Source: Nostoc sp. (GTDB lineage Bacteria; Cyanobacteriota; Cyanobacteriia; Cyanobacteriales; Nostocaceae). From it: 64,000 bases of DNA. This document shows, piece by piece, positions 1 through 8,921 of the stretch (its first letter is position 1; the number at the start of each line of letters is the position of its first letter). The stretch spans positions 64,001-128,000 of the forward strand of contig JBALDB010000054.1 of NCBI GenBank assembly GCA_036918135.1, in the 5' to 3' direction. A model generated the notes under the pieces. The model saw only the letters and a list, made by a program, of their open reading frames with translations, was not told the DNA's origin and searched no databases. A program made the translations under genes and the position numbers.

Positions 1-2298
1 ATCTCGTAGTCGCAGTACTAAAAGTTGGTGGTTGGTGGATCTGGGTAAGCCTTGGCTTTTTTCTGGTGCCCAGTCAAAGATTTGACCAACGTTATGTTTC
101 TCGTCTTGACGTGCTAGGGGAAAAATGATTTCGGGTGCAACGGATTTGTCTTTGTTACTAATTTCAGAAATAATTGCTTCTTTCCATTCGTTAGGGTCGC
201 ATCCTAGTAATAACTTATAAAAAAGGTCGGCTTCTTCTACACCAAATTTTGATTCAATTTCTTGTTCCATTTCTGGATGGAGAATTACTTTTAATTGGTC
301 GCGTTCTGGAGCTACTTGATTTGACAATTGATTTAACAAATCTGCCACAGCCTGACGAATGCGATCCCGGGCAAATTCTTCTACTTCTTTAACGGTTTTT
401 TCAAATACTTGATAAAAATCATCACTCTTGGTAGGTAAAGAAGTATTGAAGCGGTTTCCTCTATCAAATAATTTGCCCGCCGCACCTTTGGATTCAGCGA
501 GGGTGATAGTACCATTATTAACTTTATTAAATAGCAAAGTCCACTGGTTCCAATTAAGTATTTTAAAGGTAAGTTCGTCTTTAACTATATCGCTGACAAC
601 AACACCACGTCGGTCTTTGAGTGGTTCTTTCCCTAAATCTTTTTGGAAATTCCTGTAGATTTTATCTAAAGTTTCTACCAGAAAACGCAACTCAATAAAA
701 GCAGGACTGTCTCCCGTGGGGATGCCTTGCTCGTGAATTTCATCTATGATATCTTTCAAATGATCTTGCTGTTGACTCACCACATCGGCAGCTCTTTTAG
801 TGTCTTCATACAATTGCTTTAAACCATGAGTACTGACGTGGTTTTGAATCAATTCCCGTAACTTCGCCAGACTACCATCTTGAGCAAAGTAACCTAATTG
901 TCTGCCCAAATAGCTGCGAGTATCAGATTCTAACAGCCGTTGACTTAAGCGTGCCCATTTATCTTGTAGGCGTTTAGACCTGTCTAAATAATCAGGATAA
1001 TCTAAGTTAGTTAAAAACTCTGGTGAACCTGCTTTGACTTTACTCGAACGTTTTGCTAAATCAGCCAGTCCTAACAGTGGCGACAGTAAAACAATGCGGT
1101 CTTTTTGAATTGTAAACGCCTCTGCACCCTCAATGATGGTTTGCAGAACTTTGAGTTTTTGCAAAACAATGTCTTCGTGCAAATCCCTATCTTCAGTCAA
1201 TTGGTCGAGTTCTCTTTCACCTCCCTCACTCTCTAAAGGCAGTTGATCGAAGCGACCTACACCGACGAGAATTAAATCTTTCAGGTCTTGTCCAGGTCGC
1301 TGCTGCTGCATCATAGTAAAGATTTTATTAGCGCGATCGCTTCCCGGAGATTTACCATTTAGCAATACCAAAATTGTCTGTACTTCTGCTAATTCTCGCA
1401 GTGACAAAAAGGTATCTCTAGCCCCGGAATTAGCAGCTCCCAATCCCGGAAAATCAATCAAAATAAATTTAGCAGCACCCGTAACATCCCAAATTTCCCG
1501 TGATATTTTGACATCAATATCTACGCGGCGAATCAGTGGAAAGCTGTTTTGTAATAATTTTGTTGGTAACCTCTGGGGTGGACTCGGTAATCGGATATGC
1601 GCTGGCGGTAAATCTTCAAAGCTGAGAGTTTGGATGGCCATTGGCTGTTCTACTAGCTGTAGCCCTTCGCGGGCGGTAATCGGATCGAGCTGGTAGCGTC
1701 CACCACACATTACTTCCCCATAAGCTTGATAAGCCCGCAGGAATAATACTAACTCTCTAAGCAAATACCGTAATTCTAAATTGTTAGAACTGTTCCATGC
1801 TTCCTCACACCAATCAATAATATCTTTGCCAGAGTTGAGCTTTGACACTGGTATAGCTGGAAGTCCTGCTGCTGTTGTCCGCTTATTAGCTTCCCTCAGC
1901 ATGAAGTGCAGACATTCATGTACCCCTTCATGGGAAAGATATTCTACTGTAAAATTGCTGAGTTGCGTTGTTGCAAAGTCATCTTGGGGTATAATGTGAA
2001 GGGCGGTAACATTACCTGTAGTCGGGTTTTCACTTACTGGTAAAGCATCTGCATATCCAATCAAGCTGCCTAAAAGTAAAGTTTTGCCGCTGCTAAACTC
2101 TCCCATCACGCCAATTTTCACAGGCGAAGTGGCAAGATTTACAGTTTTTTCAGCAGCTTCTAAAAGACGACGGAGACAGTCATCAAGGCTAGCCGGAACC
2201 CAATCTTCTTCTTTTGAAGGGTATTGGGGTACAGAATCTATCTTCCGGAGGATGAATTCACCGTACTCTTTAAAACTGGCCAGTTTGTCTGGTTCCAT
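1..2298 (-). CDS. Dynamin-like (SrfC-related) P-loop GTPase, partial: the 3' end runs off the window
   Basis: Not in the ORF track. Manual translation from ATG 2298 (AGGCGG upstream) gives MEPDKLASFKEYGEF...KIGVMGEFSSGKT (G1), ENPTTG (G2), LIDFPGLG (G3) and GVGRFD (G4-like). The same frame is open at positions 1-96. Confidence 0.85.
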   Translation of the reverse strand, partial: MEPDKLASFKEYGEFILRKIDSVPQYPSKEEDWVPASLDDCLRRLLEAAEKTVNLATSPVKIGVMGEFSSGKTLLLGSLIGYADALPVSENPTTGNVTALHIIPQDDFATTQLSNFTVEYLSHEGVHECLHFMLREANKRTTAAGLPAIPVSKLNSGKDIIDWCEEAWNSSNNLELRYLLRELVLFLRAYQAYGEVMCGGRYQLDPITAREGLQLVEQPMAIQTLSFEDLPPAHIRLPSPPQRLPTKLLQNSFPLIRRVDIDVKISREIWDVTGAAKFILIDFPGLGAANSGARDTFLSLRELAEVQTILVLLNGKSPGSDRANKIFTMMQQQRPGQDLKDLILVGVGRFDQLPLESEGGERELDQLTEDRDLHEDIVLQKLKVLQTIIEGAEAFTIQKDRIVLLSPLLGLADLAKRSSKVKAGSPEFLTNLDYPDYLDRSKRLQDKWARLSQRLLESDTRSYLGRQLGYFAQDGSLAKLRELIQNHVSTHGLKQLYEDTKRAADVVSQQQDHLKDIIDEIHEQGIPTGDSPAFIELRFLVETLDKIYRNFQKDLGKEPLKDRRGVVVSDIVKDELTFKILNWNQWTLLFNKVNNGTITLAESKGAAGKLFDRGNRFNTSLPTKSDDFYQVFEKTVKEVEEFARDRIRQAVADLLNQLSNQVAPERDQLKVILHPEMEQEIESKFGVEEADLFYKLLLGCDPNEWKEAIISEISNKDKSVAPEIIFPLARQDEKHNVGQIFDWAPEKSQGLPRSTNHQLLVLRLRD

Positions 2299-2665
2299 AG
2301 AGTAGTTTCCGCCTAACATAAATTTCTCTGAGCTTTATAACATATAAAATGCGATCGCCAGGGATTTATCTAACGACCTGCCTATTGGGCATTAGAAAAC
2401 TTTTCCTCAGTTTTTATAATCGGCCAAGATAATTTTGAAAAATTTGGCTTTGCTAAGAAAAATAAATATTGATTTGATATAAAAATCCCGAGGATTGTGA
2501 ATTTTCTATGAAGAGATCGTTGCTATACTCTTTTAATGGCAAATGCCCTCAATCTCCAACTTAGTTGCCGAAGACCGTTGCCATCTCAACGTCAGACATG
2601 ATTACTTCTGGTTTTACGAATTTGAAACCAAAACGTTCCGTTGGAAAGAAATTTAGCTGAGCATT

Positions 2666-3160
2666 TAGGGACTGACAAATAAAAAAATATTCCACTGTTC
2701 AGCGTCAATGGTCAACAGGAGCCAGTGCGCCCTTGCGTTCTGCCGACAGCTAAGCAACTGGCGTTCATCATTTAGGGACTGACAAATAAATATGACTTAC
2801 GCACTTAGATCCCCTGACCTGCGATAAGTTGAAGGCTTTAGACTACCCCCTTTTTTAAAGGGGTAGCGGGCGATCGAGGTTTCAGGCTTGGGTGCGTAAG
2901 TCCTAATAAAAAAATATTCCACTATTCACTGTCAACAGTCATCGGTTAGTAACTTCAAACGGGTTGAAGGAGGCAGGGGGCAGCTATACTAGAGATTTTA
3001 TTAACAAGAAGATTCAGACTTCTCCTTAATTAAAGCGACCTTTCTTAAAATTTGGTCGGGGTTTTAAACCAAAGTTCCCTACGGTCACAGCAGGAGTTAG
3101 CAGTTAGTTTCCCTCCTGCCTCCTGCCTTCCTCGATAATTTATTTCTTGGAGTTCCCCTA
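2666..3160. mobile_element. Composite MITE-like cluster (AGGGACTGACAAATAAAAAAATATTCC ... ATAATTTATTTCTTGGAGTTCCCCTA family), flanked by TA
   Basis: The left end occurs twice (2667 and 2774). The imperfect inverted end is at about 3133-3160. The same end occurs in inverted orientation at about 7204-7230. Confidence 0.7.
2791..2905. mobile_element. 115-bp MITE nested in the end of another repeat
   Basis: TIRs are TATGACTTACGCAC / GTGCGTAAGTCCTA. ATAAA is duplicated on both sides (2786-2790 and 2906-2910) relative to the uninterrupted copy at 2667-2693. Confidence 0.8.
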
Positions 3161-3292
3161 TGTAATATTTTGAAGTGCTTTTACTTCAGAAAAGACAGCC
3201 ACCTTTGTGCGGCAGTGGGAACAGAACCAGCAAATTTCATGCTGCTGGATGTGCCGTAGTAATCGGTAAGAGCAATAAGGACAGTCGTGCAT
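3158..3292 (-). CDS. Small 44-aa CxxC...CxxC zinc-ribbon-like protein
   Basis: Manual translation MHDCPYCSYRLLRHIQQHEICWFCSHCRTKVAVFSEVKALQNIT*, with an AGAGG RBS. It resembles a common small cyanobacterial CPxCSxxLLRH...WFCxxC family. Confidence 0.7.
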   Translation of the reverse strand: MHDCPYCSYRLLRHIQQHEICWFCSHCRTKVAVFSEVKALQNIT

Positions 3293-3339
3293 AATCGTTT
3301 ACCTCTGTCATTACTTATAGAAAAACAATCTTAGGAACG

Positions 3340-3371
3340 ATACAAATTACGGTTGAACAACTCCAGCAGAT
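3340..3371 (+). pseudogene. 5' remnant of a Crp/Fnr regulator paralogue
   Basis: ATACAAATTACGGTTGAACAACTCCAGCAGAT (IQITVEQLQQI) matches the crp start at 3989-4020 (MQVTVEQLRQI) at 24 of 32 nt. Confidence 0.6.
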
Positions 3372-3413
3372 AGAATATCTCAACTGAAGAATCAAGCAGC
3401 ACTTACTTTGCGA

Positions 3414-3851
3414 TCAAAGTTTCGTACAAGCCTGCTGCATTAAAAGATTATTGTCTTTATACACCTCTAAAGTTCCAGACTGCTGGCTATCGAGTGTGCC
3501 ATCCCATACCCAGTATTTATAATTGCGATTTTGAAACTTATACACTCGAACTCCTTCTGTTGCTTTGGCACTTCCTCTGTCTATACTCAAATTACCGTGG
3601 GAACTTGTAGAGCGATAGAGAAGTTCGCCCGATGAATGCTTTTTCCAAACATTGATATTGTATCCACCTCGGCATTTCATACTTAGGATTAAGTCAGCAG
3701 TAGAATCAGCAGAGGCTTTTAAGGAGAAATTAGCGCAAATACAGGTTGTCAGAGCAAGAAGTAACGTGGATCTTTTTAGTAGTGTTTTCATGGTTTTTTC
3801 TATGGGTGAAGTTTGGCTAGATGCGGTTAGCTTTGCTTTTGTGAGAGTCAT
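3414..3851 (-). CDS. Hypothetical secreted protein
   Basis: 145-aa ORF with a signal-peptide-like segment (LLLALTTCICANFSLKASA). An alternative start is at 3791. Confidence 0.75.
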   Translation of the reverse strand: MTLTKAKLTASSQTSPIEKTMKTLLKRSTLLLALTTCICANFSLKASADSTADLILSMKCRGGYNINVWKKHSSGELLYRSTSSHGNLSIDRGSAKATEGVRVYKFQNRNYKYWVWDGTLDSQQSGTLEVYKDNNLLMQQACTKL

Positions 3852-3869
3852 ATCGTTACCTTGATAATC

Positions 3870-3924
3870 TTGAGCTATCTCTAAAATGACAATTTTTCTC
3901 TACAATTTCTTTGAGCTAGCTCAT
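3870..3924. promoter_or_regulatory. Two Crp/Fnr-type dyads in the divergent promoter
   Basis: TTGAGCTAGCTCAT (3911-3924) and TTGAGCTATCTCTA (3870-3883) have the same 5-4-5 geometry as the FNR box TTGAT-N4-ATCAA. Confidence 0.5.
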
Positions 3925-3988
3925 AGTTGCAACAGAAAAAGTTAAATTGAAAAGAAAAAGTCAAGCCTGCCTGCTGGGGGGTTTAAGG

Positions 3989-4690
3989 ATGCAAGTCACG
4001 GTTGAACAGCTAAGGCAAATTCCACTCTTTTCTGGACTCGATTTAGATCGACTTGCACAGTTGCAAGCTCATGCTGTGGTTAAGCAATATTTGCGTGGGG
4101 AAATTATCCTCCATGAGGGCGATCGCTTACCTGCTCAACTGTTTGCTGTTCTGGATGGCAGAATTGAAATCAAGAAAACCGCTTCCACAGGTAAAGAAAC
4201 GATTTTGCGGACGTTACCTGCTGGAGAAATATTCGCTGCACCTGCACTACTTGGCAATGGCTCATCCCCTGCAACCGTCGTCGCACAGCAGGACTGTCAG
4301 ATTCTCACAATCGAACGCACTGCTTTACTAGCGTTGATTCAGAACACTCCAGAGGTTGCATTGCAGATTATTGCAATACTTACTGAGCGTCTCCAGCAGC
4401 TTCATCAAGTTGTGCATGGATTGGCTTCGGAGCGGGCAATCGTGCGGTTGGCGCAATTTATTCAAGCAGCAGCGATCGCTGAGGGAACGGACGCAACGCC
4501 ACAAGGAGTATTGTTGCGATCGCATTTGTCCTACTACCAAATTGCTCGTAGCATCGGGATTACCTACGAAGAATGTGTACGGCTGTTCAAGCAGATTCAG
4601 GCAATCGTCACTTACCATCGAGGCGGTAAAATTCTGGTGTTAGACCAAGCGAAGTTAGATGCGATCGCCCAAGGTGAATACAATCTCTAG
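3989..4690 (+). CDS. Crp/Fnr family transcriptional regulator
   Basis: cNMP-binding fold (EIILHEGD...GKETIL...GEIFA) plus C-terminal HTH (YYQIARSIGITYEECVR). ATG 3989 is preferred over TTG 3947. Confidence 0.92.
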   Translation: MQVTVEQLRQIPLFSGLDLDRLAQLQAHAVVKQYLRGEIILHEGDRLPAQLFAVLDGRIEIKKTASTGKETILRTLPAGEIFAAPALLGNGSSPATVVAQQDCQILTIERTALLALIQNTPEVALQIIAILTERLQQLHQVVHGLASERAIVRLAQFIQAAAIAEGTDATPQGVLLRSHLSYYQIARSIGITYEECVRLFKQIQAIVTYHRGGKILVLDQAKLDAIAQGEYNL

Positions 4691-4743
4691 AATCAACCTG
4701 TTTTATCTGCGCCAATAGTTAGTTGTTAAAGTTATCAATAGAG

Positions 4744-4959
4744 TAAGTAGGTAGCTGGGAAAATTTATCGTTGAAATGAGGCAGGAGGCAGAAGGCAGTC
4801 CCGATGAAACAAATTTCACCACCGAGCATGAAAAATGTATTTTCCCCTACACCCTACACCCTTACACCCCTCTTTAAAGTCAGAGGGCAGGAGGAAAAAG
4901 GGTTTTAGCCTAGTTAATTTTTCTTCACATAGTTTGGTTTTATTGTGCCGACTTACTTA
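4744..4959. mobile_element. IS630-type MITE with internal STRR repeats
   Basis: Ends are TAAGTAGGT... / ...GCCGACTTACTTA. The subterminal TTAATTTTTCTTCACATAGT matches the sequence directly after the IS630 remnant at about 36563 and the end at 37094-37139. Confidence 0.65.
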
Positions 4960-5025
4960 GGCGATTAAACGGTTCAACTGTTTGCAAGCATAAATCGAAT
5001 AAAATAGAAATTTCATCAAACCTCT

Positions 5026-6402
5026 TCACCTGTTCGGACAACCTGGCATATTATCTCCAAGCAGCAACCTCGCTAGGCTTGGTAATGCTTCACCATAGGT
5101 GGGATGGATATGAACCGAGCGCTCTAACAACTGCCAGGTTGCTCCTGCTTCCATCAGATCGAGAAAAACATGCACTAGTTCAGCCGTTTCGTACCCTACT
5201 AGGGTGGCTCCCAAGATTTTGTCTGTGTCGCTGTCGATTACCATGCGGTAAAACCCCAAATCATGTCCCCACTCGATCGCGCGAGCAATTTGGCTCATGG
5301 GTAATGTCACAGCACGCGCGTTGATGCCGTGCTTTTGAGCCTGTTCTAATGTCATTCCCACTCGCCCAACTTGAGGTTCCGTGTAGATAGCATAGCCAAG
5401 CACGCGATCGCTCCGCGTCCGGTTTTCTCCACACAAAATTGCCTTCAAGCGGCGATAGTCCTCCCAGGACACATGAGTAAAAGCAGGCTGTTTGGCAGCA
5501 TCTCCGATTGCATAGACTCCAGAACAGGTGGTGTGGAACTGTTCGTTAATTTTGATAAATCCCTGCTCGTCTAGTTCAATTCCACTCTTGGCTGCATTCA
5601 ATCCGCCTGTATTTGGTTTGCGTCCAATCACAACCAACAACGCCTCTGTTTGGAGTTGCTCGCCACTACTCAATGTCACTTTAAATACATCGTTTTCGTG
5701 TGCGACTTGATTTACATTCACCCCAAAGTGAAGCTCAATCCCATCCTGCTGTAATGCTTCTGCTAAGACCTTGCTGACATCAGCCTCTTCCCGATCGAGG
5801 ACGCGATCGCCCCGGACAATTAAGTGGGTCTGACTGCCCAAACGCGCCAATCCCTGCCCTAGTTCCAACCCAATATAGCCACCCCCAATTACCAGTAATC
5901 GGGGTGGTAATGCTTTTAAATCAAAGAAGTTGCGGTTAGTTAGGTAGGGAGTCCCTGCAAGACCCGGAATATCAGGAATCAGTGCTGATGTACCAGTATT
6001 TATAATCACCAAAGGAGCTTCAACAGTGACATCACCCCCGCTAACAGTACGTTCACCAACAAAGGAAGCTTCAGCACAAATGATTTTGACACTTGCATCA
6101 TCCAACCGCTTGTGAATACCTTGATTAAAACTATTACGGATTTCCCGTACTCGCTCCATAACTGTGGGAAAATCAACCTTAATTTCCGTGTGGATGCCTA
6201 ATTTTTTTGCCTGACGGGCACGCCCCGCTGCATGAGCTGCTGCCAAGAATGCTTTGGAAGGAGTGCAACCATAATTAATACAACTGCCGCCTAAAGCATC
6301 CCGCTCAAACAAAACTACCTTGCGCCCCTCTTTGGCAAAATCAACTGCCAGTGGAATGCCTCCTTGACCGCTCCCAATCACAATGACATCTGCTGTTTCC
6401 AT
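5026..6402 (-). CDS. Pyridine nucleotide-disulfide oxidoreductase (LpdA/MerA/RclA-like)
   Basis: GSGQGG FAD motif, GGSCINYGCTPSK redox disulfide, GGGYIG NAD(P)H motif and C-terminal HPTYGE. Confidence 0.9.
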   Translation of the reverse strand: METADVIVIGSGQGGIPLAVDFAKEGRKVVLFERDALGGSCINYGCTPSKAFLAAAHAAGRARQAKKLGIHTEIKVDFPTVMERVREIRNSFNQGIHKRLDDASVKIICAEASFVGERTVSGGDVTVEAPLVIINTGTSALIPDIPGLAGTPYLTNRNFFDLKALPPRLLVIGGGYIGLELGQGLARLGSQTHLIVRGDRVLDREEADVSKVLAEALQQDGIELHFGVNVNQVAHENDVFKVTLSSGEQLQTEALLVVIGRKPNTGGLNAAKSGIELDEQGFIKINEQFHTTCSGVYAIGDAAKQPAFTHVSWEDYRRLKAILCGENRTRSDRVLGYAIYTEPQVGRVGMTLEQAQKHGINARAVTLPMSQIARAIEWGHDLGFYRMVIDSDTDKILGATLVGYETAELVHVFLDLMEAGATWQLLERSVHIHPTYGEALPSLARLLLGDNMPGCPNR

Positions 6403-6480
6403 TTGTGCTGGACTCCCTGAGGATAGTTTGCTTTTATAACATTGTCATACTTTAGGTTAAAGATTTTTCACGCATTTGCA

Positions 6481-6681
6481 TTATTGTATATTTGATTTTT
6501 TTGAGACTTGATAGTCAATAAACGGAACCTTACCTTTGGGAGCTAGCTTCAGATTGTCTGCTGTAACGATGACGGTGTTATAAGGGAGGTTCGCCATCCG
6601 AAACCAGGTTTCAAGCTCCATACAGGCTGGACTAATGCTTGGTAGCTCCCATAGAGATAGGGCAGTGTATAAAGTAATCAT
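6481..6681 (-). pseudogene. Truncated glutathione S-transferase (N-terminal domain only)
   Basis: GAAGGAG RBS before ATG 6681. LPSISPACMELETWFRMANLPY...APKGKVPFIDY is followed almost immediately by a stop, so there is no C-terminal domain. Confidence 0.7.
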
Positions 6682-6777
6682 TTTCTCAAACTCCTTCATC
6701 CGGCTAAAACGGTTTGACAACCTAGTGTTGGATGTTGCTGCTCCTAGTCTTAGGATTATCTACAAAGAACGTGTATG

Positions 6778-6951
6778 AGTGGAATCAGAAAACGTGAAAC
6801 CACGAGTAGGGGTAGGGTGTTGGGGATAGGGTATAGTGTTAGGAAATATTCATTTCTTAGAGGTGTAACAGAGGTTACTTCTTCTTCATTCCCCACACCC
6901 TACACCCCAAAACCAGTAACATCAGTGATTTCTGCTTATCTTAGTACCATT
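6778..6951. mobile_element. About 174-bp MITE with 8-9 bp target-site duplication
   Basis: CGTGTATGA occurs at 6770-6778 and 6952-6960. Imperfect TIRs are AGTGGAATCAG... / ...CTTAGTACCATT. There are internal TAGGGG/CCCCTA repeats. Confidence 0.8.
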
Positions 6952-7007
6952 CGTGTATGAATATTTAAGTTAGATTCAGATACTATCGAGGCAGTAAAAT
7001 TCTGATG

Positions 7008-7231
7008 TAGGGATTTTGATATAGCCGTAGTCACACTCTTTAGGACACTTGGAAAGAGTGAATGCTAAAGTTAGCAATAGTTTTACCTCCTGCCCTCTGC
7101 CTCCTGCCTCCTGCTATAAAATAAATTACCCCTCTTGTGAGGTGGGCAGGAAAGCCGACCCTGAATATGAAACGGGTGTCCTCACCCATCCCAAAGAAAA
7201 TTTGGGATATTTTTTATTTGTCAGTTCCTTA
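7008..7231. mobile_element. MITE of the 2666-3160 family in inverted orientation, with a nested element
   Basis: Begins TAGGGATTTTGA[insert]AAATAAATTACC and ends GGGATATTTTTTATTTGTCAGTTCCTTA. Confidence 0.7.
7020..7118. mobile_element. TATAGC...GCTATA MITE-like repeat (nested)
   Basis: An inverted homologue lies at 62314-62432, sharing TATAGCCGTAGTCACAC..TTTAGGACA and CCTCCTG repeats. Confidence 0.7.
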
Positions 7232-7295
7232 GCTTGGGCAAAACTGGACGCGATCGCTCAAGGTGAATACGATCTTTAGAAATCACGTCAGCGAG

Positions 7296-8852
7296 TTATG
7301 CAATTGCTGAAGGTACTTGCTGGGAAAGGCGAAGAGCGGCTTTAATTAAATCGGCTGCTTTTTCGCCGATCGTAATGGTGGGCGCGTTCGTATGTCCCGT
7401 GTTGAGAGTTGGCATAATCGATGCATCGACCACACGCAACCCCTCAACTCCACGTACCCGTAGTTCGGGGTCTACAACTGCCATTGGGTCAGTTCCCATT
7501 TTGCAGGTGCCGATAGGATGAAACACAGTACCGCAAACTTCCCGGACATAAGCTTCGAGTGCTGCATCACTTTGAATGTCAGCACCAGGAGCGACCTCCC
7601 TACCGCGAAACTCATCGAAGCCACTGGTTTGGAACAATTGGCGTATTAGTTTAATTCCTTCAACCAACTTTTGCACATCGGATTGACTTTGGAGATAGTT
7701 CAGCCGAATTACTGGTGCATCTTGAGGATTGGGCGAGCGCAAACTCACACTACCAATATTTTCGGGATGAACCAAAGCGATTAGACCCGTGAAACCCAAA
7801 CCAGAGTTGGGATAGCCAGGCGGTGCCCACAGAATCGGGCCGAAAATTAATTCTAAATCTGGCGCAACCCCCTGATTCCTCTGACTGTGCAAAAACAATC
7901 CAGCTTCAGCACACCCATTACTGGTTATTGCTGTGTGTAAATCACCAGTTGCCTCGTATGGCACAGGAACGAGAATATGGTCTTGCAGATTTTGACCCAC
8001 ACCCGGCAAATCAACAACAACTGGAATATCCATTGCTTGTAGTTGTTTTGCATCTCCAATGCCGGAAAGCATCAGCAGCTTGGGTGAATCGAACGAACCC
8101 GCACTTAAAATCACTTCCTGATTGACTCTCACTTGGTGCAGCATTCCTTCGTGTAGGTATTCTACTCCAACCGTGCGGGTTCCCTCAAACAACAACCGTG
8201 TCACCAATGCACCCGTTTGCACCGTTAAATTCGGACGATGCAGAATCGGCACGAGAAATGCTGCAGCAGCACTGTGCCGTTTACCATCTTTGACCGTTAA
8301 CTGAATCGGCCCTGCTCCTTCTTGCTGCGTTCCATTGAAATCAGGATTGTAGTCATAGCCTAGTGCGACTGCTGCATCGATAAATCGTTTCGAGATCGGA
8401 GCCGGGGAAACGACATCGGTAACGCTCAACTCCCCATCAACTCCGTGATACTCAGAGGCACCGCGTTGCTGGTTCTCAGATTTCTTGAAATAGGGCAATA
8501 CATCCTGGTACGACCAACCGGGATTTCCCAATTCCTGCCAATGGTCGTAATCGTGCTGATTGCCCCGGATGTACACCAGGAAATTAATCGAACTGCTGCC
8601 CCCCAAGACTTTGCCACGAGGACAGAAGATTTGGCGATTGTTGATGTACGGTTCTGGTTCAGAGAAATAGCCCCAGTCTACCTCTGTGCCGGGTAGGCGC
8701 GTGCATTCCAGTGGGATATGAATCTCTGGTTTCGTATCTGGATTGCCCGCTTCAAGCAACAACACTGTTGTTTTACTGTCTTCTGTTAGACGGTTGGCGA
8801 CAACACAGCCTGCCGAACCCGCACCAATTACAATGTAGTCATATTGAGTCAT
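7296..8852 (-). CDS. GMC family oxidoreductase (choline dehydrogenase-like)
   Basis: GAGSAG, RGKVLGGSSSIN, FHPIGTCKMG, LRVVDASIMP and NAPT motifs. Confidence 0.93.
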   Translation of the reverse strand: MTQYDYIVIGAGSAGCVVANRLTEDSKTTVLLLEAGNPDTKPEIHIPLECTRLPGTEVDWGYFSEPEPYINNRQIFCPRGKVLGGSSSINFLVYIRGNQHDYDHWQELGNPGWSYQDVLPYFKKSENQQRGASEYHGVDGELSVTDVVSPAPISKRFIDAAVALGYDYNPDFNGTQQEGAGPIQLTVKDGKRHSAAAAFLVPILHRPNLTVQTGALVTRLLFEGTRTVGVEYLHEGMLHQVRVNQEVILSAGSFDSPKLLMLSGIGDAKQLQAMDIPVVVDLPGVGQNLQDHILVPVPYEATGDLHTAITSNGCAEAGLFLHSQRNQGVAPDLELIFGPILWAPPGYPNSGLGFTGLIALVHPENIGSVSLRSPNPQDAPVIRLNYLQSQSDVQKLVEGIKLIRQLFQTSGFDEFRGREVAPGADIQSDAALEAYVREVCGTVFHPIGTCKMGTDPMAVVDPELRVRGVEGLRVVDASIMPTLNTGHTNAPTITIGEKAADLIKAALRLSQQVPSAIA

Positions 8853-8921
8853 GTCCGTTCTCCTTTTTTGTTTCTAGGTAAATAAAATTGCTAACACAAC
8901 AAAACTTTTAAAGAAAATTTT

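Larger units (their letters stand above)
6738..7279 (+). pseudogene. 3' remnant of a Crp/Fnr paralogue interrupted by MITEs
   Basis: Pieces at about 6740-6777 (APSLRIIYKERV vs ARSIGITYEECV), 6960-7007 (YYRGSKILM vs YHRGGKILV) and 7231-7279 (AKLDAIAQGEYDL* vs AKLDAIAQGEYNL*) are colinear with crp 4552-4690. Confidence 0.8.

Noticed and set aside
428..2305. Short plus-strand ORFs (428-658, 1508-1696, 1781-1999, 2084-2305)
   Set aside because: They are antisense shadows of the long minus-strand GTPase gene. The same applies to the many short ORFs opposite other genes, such as those inside the FHA genes.
2561..2665. Possible C-terminal continuation of the Zn-ribbon gene beyond the MITE cluster
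   Set aside because: After in-silico excision the frame reads ACA TAA (stop). The downstream open stretch is in another frame and would need an extra frameshift.
5026..6402. merA (mercuric reductase) call
   Set aside because: It lacks the C-terminal vicinal Cys-Cys pair and the N-terminal metal-binding domain, and there is no mer operon.
7049..7279. 76-aa ORF ending AKLDAIAQGEYDL
   Set aside because: It is a chimeric read-through of MITE sequence into a crp remnant, not a real gene.
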